Assembly (NCBI GenBank): GCA_034112285.1
Contig: JAWUVP010000016.1
Span: 14,403-78,402 of the forward strand
Direction of reading: 5' to 3'
DNA: 64,000 nt
From: Gammaproteobacteria bacterium
GTDB lineage: Bacteria > Pseudomonadota > Gammaproteobacteria > JABDGN01
The notes under the pieces: generated by a model
What the model was told of the DNA's origin: nothing
Databases searched by the model: none
What the model saw: only the letters and a program-made list of their open reading frames with translations
Position numbers and translations under genes: made by a program
Shown here: positions 21,189 to 30,246 of the stretch, in pieces
How positions within the stretch are numbered: position 1 is the stretch's first letter
How the letters are laid out: every line of letters begins with the position of its first letter

Positions 21189-21938
21189 ATGGACGCATAT
21201 TTACACACTGAATCGTTAAACTTTTTTTATGCTGATTATCAAGCACTGCATGAAATTAATGTTAATTTTGCCAAAAACACCACCACGACCTTAATTGGCC
21301 CCTCTGGTTCGGGTAAAACCACACTTTTGCGCACATTTAACCGTATTTATGAAATGCAGCCTAAGCAGACCATTACCGGTAAAATTATTTTCAATAATGA
21401 AAATGTACTGGGTAATGATATTGATGTGAATATTTTACGGCGTAAAATTGGTATGGTTTTTCAAAAACCAACCCCGTTTCCCATGTCTATTTTTGATAAT
21501 GTCGCCTTTGCGCTGCGCTTGCATGAAAAATTATCCAAGTCAGACCTGAACGATAGAGTAGAACAAGCCTTGCGCCATGCTGCGGTGTGGGATGAAGTGA
21601 AAGATAAGCTACACAATGCCGGCACGCATTTGTCGGGTGGGCAACAGCAACGCTTGTGTATTGCACGCACCATTGCCATTGAGCCTGAGGTCTTATTGTT
21701 AGACGAGCCAACCTCGGCCCTTGACCCTATTTCTACGGCCAAAATTGAGGCCTTAATTATAGAGCTTGAAAAAGAGTACACCATTATTATGGTTACCCAT
21801 AACCTGAAACAAGCGCAGCGCTTGGGACATCGGACTATCTTTATGCGTGATGGCGCGGTTGTGGAAGAAAATGCAACCAAAGAATTGTTTGAAAATCCGC
21901 AAGATGAGCGCACGGCGCATTATATTGAGGCGCATTAG
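21189..21938 (+). CDS. pstB: phosphate ABC transporter ATP-binding protein PstB
   Basis: Walker A GPSGSGKTT, ABC signature LSGGQQQR, Walker B LLLDEPTSALD. Confidence 0.9.
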   Translation: MDAYLHTESLNFFYADYQALHEINVNFAKNTTTTLIGPSGSGKTTLLRTFNRIYEMQPKQTITGKIIFNNENVLGNDIDVNILRRKIGMVFQKPTPFPMSIFDNVAFALRLHEKLSKSDLNDRVEQALRHAAVWDEVKDKLHNAGTHLSGGQQQRLCIARTIAIEPEVLLLDEPTSALDPISTAKIEALIIELEKEYTIIMVTHNLKQAQRLGHRTIFMRDGAVVEENATKELFENPQDERTAHYIEAH

Positions 21939-21953
21939 GACTTGAGTTGAGGG

Positions 21954-21974
21954 TGTCACACCTTTGTCATATTA
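21954..21974. promoter_or_regulatory. putative Pho box (TGTCACACCTT-TGTCATATTAA) upstream of pstS
   Basis: Direct repeats TGTCAC/TGTCAT 11 bp apart. A TAAAAT -10 at 21981-21986, then AAGGAG SD and the pstS ATG. Confidence 0.55.
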
Positions 21975-22013
21975 AATTTGTAAAATCCAATCAACCTAAC
22001 TAAAGGAGATAAC

Positions 22014-23018
22014 ATGAAAACGATACTTAAATTAATCACCGGGATTGCGGTAGCGCTCTCACTTGCTGCCTGCTCGCAAAACCAAAACCATCTTACCGGC
22101 GCTGGCTCAAGCTTTATTTACCCTGCTTTGTCTATTTGGGCTAAAGATTATGACGCGAAAACAAGCGTTGAAGTGAATTATCAAGCCATTGGTTCTGGTG
22201 GTGGGTTGCAGCAAATTTATTCGCATACGATTGATTTTGCCGCATCTGACATGCCTTTAACCGTTGAACAATTAGCACAAAACAAGTTGCATCAATTCCC
22301 GATGATTGTGGGCGGCATTGTCATGGCCATTAATGTCCCGGGTATCAAATCTAATGCTATCACCTTAAGCGGTAATACGTTGGAAGATATTTATATGGGT
22401 CGCATTAAATTTTGGGACGACACCGCCATTGCTCGCTTAAACGTTGGCGTAAAATTACCGCATAAAGGTATTGTTACAATTCACCGTGCTGATGGTTCAG
22501 GTACAACCTTTAACTTCACCAATTACTTATCAAAAATTAGCTCACAGTGGCAAGAGCACATTGGTGCAAACACCACAGTTGCTTGGCCTGGTAACGGTAT
22601 TGGCGCCAAAGGTAACGCCGGCGTTGCTGCGCAAATTATGCAAACGCCTTATTCAATTGGTTATGTTGAATATGCTTATGCCAACCAAAATAATATGTCT
22701 ATAACGAAAATGGTTAACCGTGACCATAAAGTGGTTACCGCAACGAGTGCAACGTTTGCTGCTGCTGCAAAAAATGCCGATTGGCAGGCTAAGAATGGCT
22801 TCTACCAAATCTTGACTGACCAACCCGGTGCTGACAGCTGGCCTATCGTGGCAACAACCTTTGTGCTGACTCCTGAGAAGGCGCGTACACCTCAAGTTAA
22901 AGCTCAGATAGCGAAGTTCTTTACTTGGTGCTTTAAGCATGGCACCGCTTCTGCTGAGAAATTAGACTATGTTGCTATTCCTGATGCAGTTTATGGAAAA
23001 ATATTAAAAACGTTCTAA
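22014..23018 (+). CDS. pstS: phosphate-binding protein PstS (lipoprotein signal, LAAC lipobox)
   Basis: 334 aa. Lipobox LAAC after the signal peptide. PstS-like fold motifs GAGSSFIYP and DGSGTT. Confidence 0.85.
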   Translation: MKTILKLITGIAVALSLAACSQNQNHLTGAGSSFIYPALSIWAKDYDAKTSVEVNYQAIGSGGGLQQIYSHTIDFAASDMPLTVEQLAQNKLHQFPMIVGGIVMAINVPGIKSNAITLSGNTLEDIYMGRIKFWDDTAIARLNVGVKLPHKGIVTIHRADGSGTTFNFTNYLSKISSQWQEHIGANTTVAWPGNGIGAKGNAGVAAQIMQTPYSIGYVEYAYANQNNMSITKMVNRDHKVVTATSATFAAAAKNADWQAKNGFYQILTDQPGADSWPIVATTFVLTPEKARTPQVKAQIAKFFTWCFKHGTASAEKLDYVAIPDAVYGKILKTF

Positions 23019-23126
23019 GCTTAATTTAGGCCATCGCCCCAGCGCTCAATTGAGCACTGGGGCTTTTTTTTGCCTGGATGATTATTACTTGCTAGAATAG
23101 CGTTTATTAACTTAAGGAATGTCTTC

Positions 23127-23681
23127 ATGAAAAAATTAGTCTTACTCGCCACCATGGCGTGTGCCACAAGCTCAATGGCTGCTACAGGCCCGTTTGCGGA
23201 ATTAAATCTCGGTTATTCCAGCACGGGTAGCTCGGCCATTGAAAATATCAACACCGCGAAAAACTTTGCTAAAAAACAAGATAATAATTTTGGCTATAAC
23301 GTCAATGCGGGCTTATTGTTTTTGGGCATCGGCGCTGAAGTGGGTTATACGCGCTATGCTGATTTGAAATATAATTCTTCGGCTAATTCTGCTCCTGCCG
23401 ACCTGTCGGGCATTCATCTTGCATTACGCGTTGAGCAAGGCATAGGCCCGCTGTATTTCGTAGGTAAATTGGGCTATGGCCAATTGAAGCAAGGTGGCTT
23501 TACGGTTGATCAAGCTAAGGTTGCCGCTAAGAATAAATCTGGCGTGTTTTTTGGCGCGGGTGTTGGCATTACCTTTATGCCTACTTTGTCGGTGATTGCG
23601 CAATATCAGCAGACTCAAGGCAGTAGTGGAAGCGTGCCGACGGCTAGCTTGACGAGTGTTGGAATTAATTGGAATATTTAA
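23127..23681 (+). CDS. small outer-membrane beta-barrel protein (OmpA-like beta-barrel / OmpW-like family)
   Basis: 184 aa. Signal peptide, alternating hydrophobic strands, aromatic-rich. Strong promoter/SD context. Confidence 0.55.
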   Translation: MKKLVLLATMACATSSMAATGPFAELNLGYSSTGSSAIENINTAKNFAKKQDNNFGYNVNAGLLFLGIGAEVGYTRYADLKYNSSANSAPADLSGIHLALRVEQGIGPLYFVGKLGYGQLKQGGFTVDQAKVAAKNKSGVFFGAGVGITFMPTLSVIAQYQQTQGSSGSVPTASLTSVGINWNI

Positions 23682-23852
23682 CGCCCCTCTGGAAACTAAA
23701 TATTCCATCACGGCGAGCGACGTGATGAGCTCCTGCAGGTAATCGGGCGCTTAATAAGACTACGGCTGGCAGGAGAAGGTTAACCTATGGGCGCATAGGT
23801 GATACCCAAGCATGACGAATTCCTTTTCCTGCAAGACTTAACGCTCAATTCT

Positions 23853-24270
23853 TACGGTATAGTGAAACTCAAACCGGCCCTTGTCGCCACATAGACCTTG
23901 GTGCCATCACTGCTGACGGCTACGCCATAAACAACATTACGCCCCAAGCCCTCTGTCGTGGTTTTGTTGCTAAAGCTGGCGCCGAAATCGGTGCTGATGC
24001 TCAAGCCGCCTTCTGTCGCCGCGTATATTTTAGTACCGTCACTGCTGCGGCAGATTTTTTCTTTTTTATAGGCTTGGGAGCTGTGTCTAAGCCGTTCGTT
24101 TCGCCTAGGCTTTCTCTGATTAGTTTTTTTTCGACAATGCGATAAAGCCCTTGATAATCATCCCAATATTGCTTCATCATGGCATCAATATTCTTGAGCG
24201 CGGGGTCGAGAAACAGGGAGGACTTAGGCGGTGGCATGGAGTTAGTTTCTGGCAGTTGGGGCTGTATCAT
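23853..24270 (-). pseudogene. possible frameshifted remnant of a beta-propeller (YVTN-like repeat) protein
   Basis: Minus-strand ORF (24270..24001) continues in another frame into two tandem blades, SSDGTKIYAATEGGLSIS and SSDGTKVYVATRAGLSF. The frame change coincides with A6/A6/A8 homopolymer tracts at 24056-24095. Confidence 0.3.
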
Positions 24271-24481
24271 TGTCGTTCCTCGGGCTATAATAGGTTAAAT
24301 AATTCTGAAATTCGATTATTTTAGCGTGACGATAATGTTTTCTCAATGGCTGGGAGGCTAGGGATTGCCTGGGGTTTTAGCACGGTGCTTCAGGGCTGTC
24401 TTTTATTCATTGTATATGCTGTTTGCAATACTTTACATTATTGCTTATATTATAGTTAACATGGCAGTATTGTAAGGCAGT

Positions 24482-25894
24482 ATGACTCAAAACACGGTAA
24501 CTATAGCATCGTTCAAACGCACTCAACATGAATTGCGATTTTCCTTTGCTTGGTGTGAGCAACAATTTCCCATGCGTTATTGTTATGATACGTCGATTGA
24601 TTTTTTTCAATTGGAGAAACGCTATGGTGTAGAAACGATGCATAATATCTATTTTCACATTATCGCGTTTGAGGTGAATAAATTTGCCAGCATAAAACCA
24701 AATGTTATTGATTTTGGTGAGTTTTCACGTTTTCAAACTAAAGCCTTTGAAAATTTATGGCGCACTATTATTGTGAATGCGTGGGCGCAGTGGCGATATG
24801 AAAATAATATCATCCAATATGTGGGGCCTGAGTTTAGTGTGCCATCCGCTGCCGCCTCCACCACAAAGCCTATTAGATTACAAGACAGTGAAACAGAAAT
24901 ATTACTGTTTACTAGTAGTGGTAAAGATAGCTTGGCCTGTTTGTCTTTATTAACAGATGCAGGTGTTGTATTTGATACATTGACTTATGCCTGTAATGTT
25001 TATGGTGATATGGACCAGCAACACCGAAGCGGGGAAGCTATAGCAGTTAATGCCAATGTTGGGCAGCAACGTAAGCAGTGGATTGAAGACAGCTTCTTAA
25101 ACTCAAATATTCTAGACCACCCAAACGTTGAGACCTGTACGTTAATCGCTGCCGAGACCCCAAGTTCGATTTTTGCCAGTTTACCGTATGTGTTAATGCA
25201 CGATTATCATTATATTGCTCTCGGTCATGAACGCAGCGCCAATAGTGGCCAATTGAGATGGGATAAAACTGGCGAAGAAATCAATCATCAATGGGGCAAG
25301 TCATTCGCTGCTGAAACACTATTGAATGATTACATTCGAACGCATTTAATTAGCAACTTTAGTGTGTTTAGTTTATTACAACCTATTCATGACGTGCTGA
25401 TTTTCACGTTGATGAATAACAATCTTGCTGTAATTGAGCACAGTAATTCTTGTAACATTGATATTCAGGGTTGTGGCAGCTGTCCGAAATGTATTTATGT
25501 GGATTTAGGATTTAAAGCTTATTTACCCAAAGATGCGCCATTTCGCGAGTTCAAAACTGATCCATTTGATATTGAGCAGAATCAATTTCTTTACCGACAA
25601 TTATTGGGCTTGGAACAACATTTACCATTTGAGTGTATTGGTCAACAGGATGAAACTAATTTAGCATTTGCTTTATGTGTTGCTAAAGGCTACCAAGGCA
25701 AGGCGCTTAAACAATACCAAGCAGCACATTTAGCACCACCCGATATCGAACAATTACAAAATCGATATCTTAACGTACATACTGAACATAATATTCCACA
25801 GTTCGTTGCTGAAAATGTGATCCCATTAATGATGATAGCGGCGGAACAGGCTAAGCAAGAAATTAGCCTACAACTTGGCTGGACGCTTACTTAA
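24482..25894 (+). CDS. QueC-like / PP-loop (adenine nucleotide alpha-hydrolase) family protein with ~140-aa N-terminal extension
   Basis: Divergent PP-loop LLFTSSGKDSLACLSLL at residue ~145. C-terminal Cys cluster C..CGSCPKC, reminiscent of the QueC zinc site. The rest is unrecognised. Confidence 0.45.
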   Translation: MTQNTVTIASFKRTQHELRFSFAWCEQQFPMRYCYDTSIDFFQLEKRYGVETMHNIYFHIIAFEVNKFASIKPNVIDFGEFSRFQTKAFENLWRTIIVNAWAQWRYENNIIQYVGPEFSVPSAAASTTKPIRLQDSETEILLFTSSGKDSLACLSLLTDAGVVFDTLTYACNVYGDMDQQHRSGEAIAVNANVGQQRKQWIEDSFLNSNILDHPNVETCTLIAAETPSSIFASLPYVLMHDYHYIALGHERSANSGQLRWDKTGEEINHQWGKSFAAETLLNDYIRTHLISNFSVFSLLQPIHDVLIFTLMNNNLAVIEHSNSCNIDIQGCGSCPKCIYVDLGFKAYLPKDAPFREFKTDPFDIEQNQFLYRQLLGLEQHLPFECIGQQDETNLAFALCVAKGYQGKALKQYQAAHLAPPDIEQLQNRYLNVHTEHNIPQFVAENVIPLMMIAAEQAKQEISLQLGWTLT

Positions 25895-26075
25895 ATTCTA
25901 AGTGACTTTTTCTTATCCTGTATCCGCCAGCGGCGACGCACCGCTCCCTCACCTCATGTAATCCCTAGCTCTCCAGGCGATGGTTTTGGCATCCCTTAGC
26001 GTGTTGCACAGACTCTATTCTAACAACAGCACGCGCTAATGCCAAATTAAGACGACAAAAATGATGTGCCTAGGT

Positions 26076-26285
26076 TTAAGCCCCTTCACTCTGATATTCT
26101 AAGATATCCCCAGGCTGACACTCTAAAGCCTTACATATAGCATCTAACGTGCTCATTCTTACCGCTTTAGCTTTGCCATTTTTTAAAATCGAGAGGTTTT
26201 GCTCGGTAATGCCGATAGCCTCGGCGAGTGCTTTTGAGCGCATTTTGCGCTTGGCGAGCATGACATCCACATTTGTAATAATCAT
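26076..26285 (-). CDS. XRE-family helix-turn-helix transcriptional regulator
   Basis: 69 aa. HTH_XRE core (SKALAEAIGITEQNLSILKNGK). 3-nt spacing to the upstream DUF2975 gene. Confidence 0.8.
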   Translation of the reverse strand: MIITNVDVMLAKRKMRSKALAEAIGITEQNLSILKNGKAKAVRMSTLDAICKALECQPGDILEYQSEGA

Positions 26286-26288
26286 AAG

Positions 26289-26837
26289 TTAAACCGTATA
26301 ATCCTGTTCTTCTTGTAATTTAAGCCCTACTGCCATCACCCAAGAGATTAAAATCACAATTAAAGCAATTAAGATCACGGCAATGTTATTACTGCCGAAG
26401 CTGGCTTCGAGAACATGTTGGCCGGGTGCGTTGTGCCACGTTAAAACTAATGATAATAATGCTTCATGTATAGGCGTAAGAAGCTGCCATACGATGAGTG
26501 TCCAGCCGACATTGCGAATTAACCGCACGTTTTCTAAGCTGAAAATTTGTTGTCGTTGATAATGGTTAAACAAACGTATTAGAAAATACAGCAATAGCAT
26601 GTTGGGTAAAACCAGCCCCATATCAAGCAGAAAGCCCATGGCTTTGATGCCGGGGGTAATGATTGCCGTGGTAATGCCCATCGGTATGGGTGAATAAGAG
26701 AGCCCAAAGATGCTGCCGCCTAAATGGATTGTTTGGGGCAATAAGATCCAACTAATGGCTGTGCCAAGTGGCATGATAACGAGCACACACCAAAATAATA
26801 TTCGAAGTAAATGACTAATTTTAACGATGCGATCCAT
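26289..26837 (-). CDS. DUF2975-like multi-pass membrane protein (partner of the XRE regulator)
   Basis: 4-5 TM helices. Conserved DUF2975 + XRE gene-pair arrangement. Start set at the ATG at 26837. The ORF-track start is an upstream GTG. Confidence 0.55.
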   Translation of the reverse strand: MDRIVKISHLLRILFWCVLVIMPLGTAISWILLPQTIHLGGSIFGLSYSPIPMGITTAIITPGIKAMGFLLDMGLVLPNMLLLYFLIRLFNHYQRQQIFSLENVRLIRNVGWTLIVWQLLTPIHEALLSLVLTWHNAPGQHVLEASFGSNNIAVILIALIVILISWVMAVGLKLQEEQDYTV

Positions 26838-27198
26838 GAATCCCTCTGCTTGAAAAAACACTTTTGGTCTTACGTAAATCCAATTATCTTATTTATTATA
26901 TTGCCAATTTGCAAGGGCTTTACGTAAGGCCAAAAGTGTTTCACTTTTGGTGCGTTTGTTTGAGCCAGGCACACCACCTACTTTGCACCTGACCCAAACG
27001 CCCGCCTTTAACGCTAACTTCTGAAGACAAGAGGGATTATAACTATTTATTATTGTTTTGCAATAACTTTTTATCGCTTTATGCAAAATTTTTATTGCAA
27101 AGCAACCTTTCCCCACTCTGCCTTAGTGAATAGAAATTGTAATATGGCAAAATATTCATTACAATGAATATCTTATTTCATTTGATCAAGGACCTTCT

Positions 27199-27822
27199 AT
27201 GACAATCAGCCAGTACGTAAACATGTCAATCAGTCTGCTTGCTGTGCTTAATCCATTGGGAGGAGCCGCTATCTACTTATCAATGATTGGTGGTTTTAGT
27301 GACGCTGATTTAAAAGCTATTCCGCCACGCTTTACCATCGGGGTTATCGTTACGCTGCTAATTAGCTTTTGGGTTGGTCATTATTTTCTAACGTTGTTTG
27401 GCATTAATTTACCCTCTTTCCAAGTAGCCGGTGGCCTTATTTTAGTGTTAATTGGTTTGGGTCAGATTTTACCTAAAGCTGAAAGTGATTCCAGCACTAC
27501 CCCAGTTAGCGAAAAAAAAGCAAATATTGCCATTGTTCCGCTCGCCATACCCCTTGTCGCCGGGCCGGGTGGAATTGCCATAGTTATCTCTGATGCTGAG
27601 ATTATGCACTCCCATCTAATTGACAAGTTTATTTTCTGCCTAATTCTCATTGTGTTAGGTTTATTTATGGGCGTTATGATCAAATATGCACCCAGCATTG
27701 GCAAAAAATTGGGTAGTGCAGCGATGAGCACGGTTGCCCGCGTGATGGGGTTGATTATTGCCGCTATTGGCATGAACATGTTAGCGCATGGCATGCTCAG
27801 CCTATTCCCTGGCTTGCAATGA
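27199..27822 (+). CDS. marC: MarC-family (UPF0056) integral membrane protein
   Basis: 207 aa, 6 TM. The MarC family typically begins with an N-terminal MxxxxxxFxxLxxxxNPxG, matched here. Confidence 0.75.
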   Translation: MTISQYVNMSISLLAVLNPLGGAAIYLSMIGGFSDADLKAIPPRFTIGVIVTLLISFWVGHYFLTLFGINLPSFQVAGGLILVLIGLGQILPKAESDSSTTPVSEKKANIAIVPLAIPLVAGPGGIAIVISDAEIMHSHLIDKFIFCLILIVLGLFMGVMIKYAPSIGKKLGSAAMSTVARVMGLIIAAIGMNMLAHGMLSLFPGLQ

Positions 27823-27904
27823 TTGTGCTTTTTTCAAATTATTAACCTGCTTTAGTTTATCGATAACCAAAGCAGGCTAGGCTTTTTATTTTTCTAGGTT
27901 CTTC

Positions 27905-29164
27905 ATGTCTTATCCTCGCAGTAAATTTTTACCTTGGCTTATTTGGGCTTTAGCCTCTAGCTTTGTCTTTTATAAGTATGTACTTGAGGTAGCGCCGAGC
28001 GTTATGGCCCATGAGCTAATGGCCACCTTTCACTTAACCGGCACACAGCTAGGCAATTTAGCGGCTTGTTATTTCTATGCTTATTTGTGTATGCAAATAC
28101 CGGTGGGGGTTTTGTTAGACCGATTTGCTGCCCGTAATATTATTGCCATAGCTATCTTAATCTGTGCACTGGCCACCGGCCTGTTTAGTTATACTGATAA
28201 TTTAAATGTTGCTTATCTTAGCCGCATTTTAGTCGGACTTTTTGGCGCCTTTTCAGCGGTGGGCACAATGAAGTTAGTCACCTTATTATTTCCCAGCCAC
28301 CGTTTTGCCCTGCTCTCTGGCTTAATGATGACAGTAGCGATGATTGGAGCGGTTGTGGGGCAAGGGCCTTTGGCATTTAGTGTTGGACATATTGGCTGGC
28401 GCCATAGCATGTTGATACTGGCAGCGCTGGGCGTTATATTGACGCTGGTCTTTTTTGTTTTATCCGGCCATAAAACTGAAGATGTGCCGCATCAAAAACG
28501 TACTTTTGCACAGGTGTGGCAAGGCCTTAAGGTGATTGTTTGTAACCGCAATAGCTGGCTAATTGCCTTGTATTCTGGGCTCGCGTTTGCGCCGATTAAT
28601 GCCTTTGCAGGGCTGTGGGGCATTCCGTATTTAACCGAGGTGTATCATGTTGCACGCACGCAAATGGCGGGAGTGGTGTCATTAACGTTTATTGGCTTTG
28701 CCATTGGCGCGCCCTTATCGGGCTGGTACTCCAGCTATTTAGGTAAGCGTAAAATAGTGATGCTAGCCGGAACCGTGTTAGCGCTCGCCTGCTTATTGGT
28801 CTGTTTGTATGTGCACCTCCCATTATTTTGGTTGGCGGTAACCCTGTTTATTATGGGGTTTTTTATTAGCTTTTTCTTTGTCTCGTTTGCCTATATAAGT
28901 GAATTAAACCCGCACCACTTTGCCGGCTCGAGCATAGGCTTTATTAATATGTTTAACGCCTTGTGTGGCGCCGTGTCCGAGCCTTTGATTGGCAAACTGT
29001 TGGATTCACACTGGTCGGGAAAAATGGTTGATGGTGCGCGTTATTTTGCCGCACAAAATTACCACCATGCGTTAGCCATTTTGCCTGTAGGCTTGGTAGT
29101 GGCGATTGTGTTGCTTATCTTTACAAAAGAAACGTATGGCGTGCAAAATAATAGTTCAACCTAA
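27905..29164 (+). CDS. MFS transporter
   Basis: 419 aa, 12 predicted TM helices. MFS loop motif GxLxDRFGxR-like (LLDRFAARN). Confidence 0.8.
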   Translation: MSYPRSKFLPWLIWALASSFVFYKYVLEVAPSVMAHELMATFHLTGTQLGNLAACYFYAYLCMQIPVGVLLDRFAARNIIAIAILICALATGLFSYTDNLNVAYLSRILVGLFGAFSAVGTMKLVTLLFPSHRFALLSGLMMTVAMIGAVVGQGPLAFSVGHIGWRHSMLILAALGVILTLVFFVLSGHKTEDVPHQKRTFAQVWQGLKVIVCNRNSWLIALYSGLAFAPINAFAGLWGIPYLTEVYHVARTQMAGVVSLTFIGFAIGAPLSGWYSSYLGKRKIVMLAGTVLALACLLVCLYVHLPLFWLAVTLFIMGFFISFFFVSFAYISELNPHHFAGSSIGFINMFNALCGAVSEPLIGKLLDSHWSGKMVDGARYFAAQNYHHALAILPVGLVVAIVLLIFTKETYGVQNNSST

Positions 29165-29253
29165 CGTTTACTCAATAACGCCGGCAAAAGGCAAAAGACT
29201 TTTCATTCGAATATGATTATAATTGCCCTTATCTCTATTGAAACAGGTTTATT

Positions 29254-30174
29254 ATGCGCATTATAGTTCGTGGATTCTGCCTAGTATGGCTTCTCTTATT
29301 AACCGCCTGTGCAGGCAGTCGGCCAATGCTTAATATTCCCGCGCAACAACCTTTACGCGTTGAAAAAATTGCCCAGCCTGATGTTGCGCTCGTGCTCGGT
29401 GGTGGCGGCGCGCGTGGCATGGCCCATGTTGGCGTTATTAAAGTATTAGCGAAGGCCGGCGTGCCCATTAATTTGATTGTTGGTACCAGTGCCGGCAGTA
29501 TTGTAGGCGCCATTTATGCGGACCAAGGCAGCGCGAAACAAGTGATATCGACATTTAAACATATTGGCTTCTGGGATATTGCCGATATTAATAATTTCCC
29601 AACGCGCGCGGGCATTATGCAAGGCTATCATCTACAACGTTTTTTATTAAAGCATATGCATGCTCGTACCTTTGCTGAGCTTAAAATTCCTTTTATTGTA
29701 AGCACCACTAATTTGCGTACCGGTGAGGTCTTCCCTATTACCAGCGGACCTGTCGCAGCGGCGGTGCAAGCCTCGGCAGCCATTCCTGGTTTATTTAATC
29801 CTGTGCATCTGTATGGCCATATCCTTATTGATGGTGGAATGTCTGATCCTGTTGCGGTTAACTTGGCCGAACCCTTTCATCCCAAAATCATTATTGCCGT
29901 AGATGTTGCCAAGCAATTAAGTGAAGTGATGCCGGCAACAGCCGATGAAACCCTCGCCCGTGCGAAAGTGATTCGCCAAATGGCTGTGACTCAATTTAGC
30001 GCCCAAAATGCAGACGTTGTCATTCGCCCCGCAATAGGTACCACCAATGTATTTCAACTCGGCAAGAAAGAACAGCTGTTTGCCGAAGGTGAGCGTGCAG
30101 CCCAGGAAGCATTGCCACAAATTTTACGGCTCTTGCGTGATAAACATATTGCTTTGCAACACAAACACCGTTAA
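29254..30174 (+). CDS. patatin-like phospholipase (lipoprotein-type signal)
   Basis: GGGARG oxyanion motif, GTSAGS nucleophile elbow (GxSxG), and a DGG catalytic Asp motif. Signal peptide LLLLTAC. Confidence 0.8.
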   Translation: MRIIVRGFCLVWLLLLTACAGSRPMLNIPAQQPLRVEKIAQPDVALVLGGGGARGMAHVGVIKVLAKAGVPINLIVGTSAGSIVGAIYADQGSAKQVISTFKHIGFWDIADINNFPTRAGIMQGYHLQRFLLKHMHARTFAELKIPFIVSTTNLRTGEVFPITSGPVAAAVQASAAIPGLFNPVHLYGHILIDGGMSDPVAVNLAEPFHPKIIIAVDVAKQLSEVMPATADETLARAKVIRQMAVTQFSAQNADVVIRPAIGTTNVFQLGKKEQLFAEGERAAQEALPQILRLLRDKHIALQHKHR

Positions 30175-30246
30175 TTAGTGTATGGTTGATTTTCGGTTGC
30201 GCATGTTGTTGTAGCGTAGATAATTGTTAACACCCTTGAGGTTATT

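Noticed and set aside
26889-27116. 75-aa minus-strand ORF between the DUF2975 and marC genes
   Set aside because: It has no SD and lies inside a promoter/inverted-repeat region. Its composition is not coding-like.
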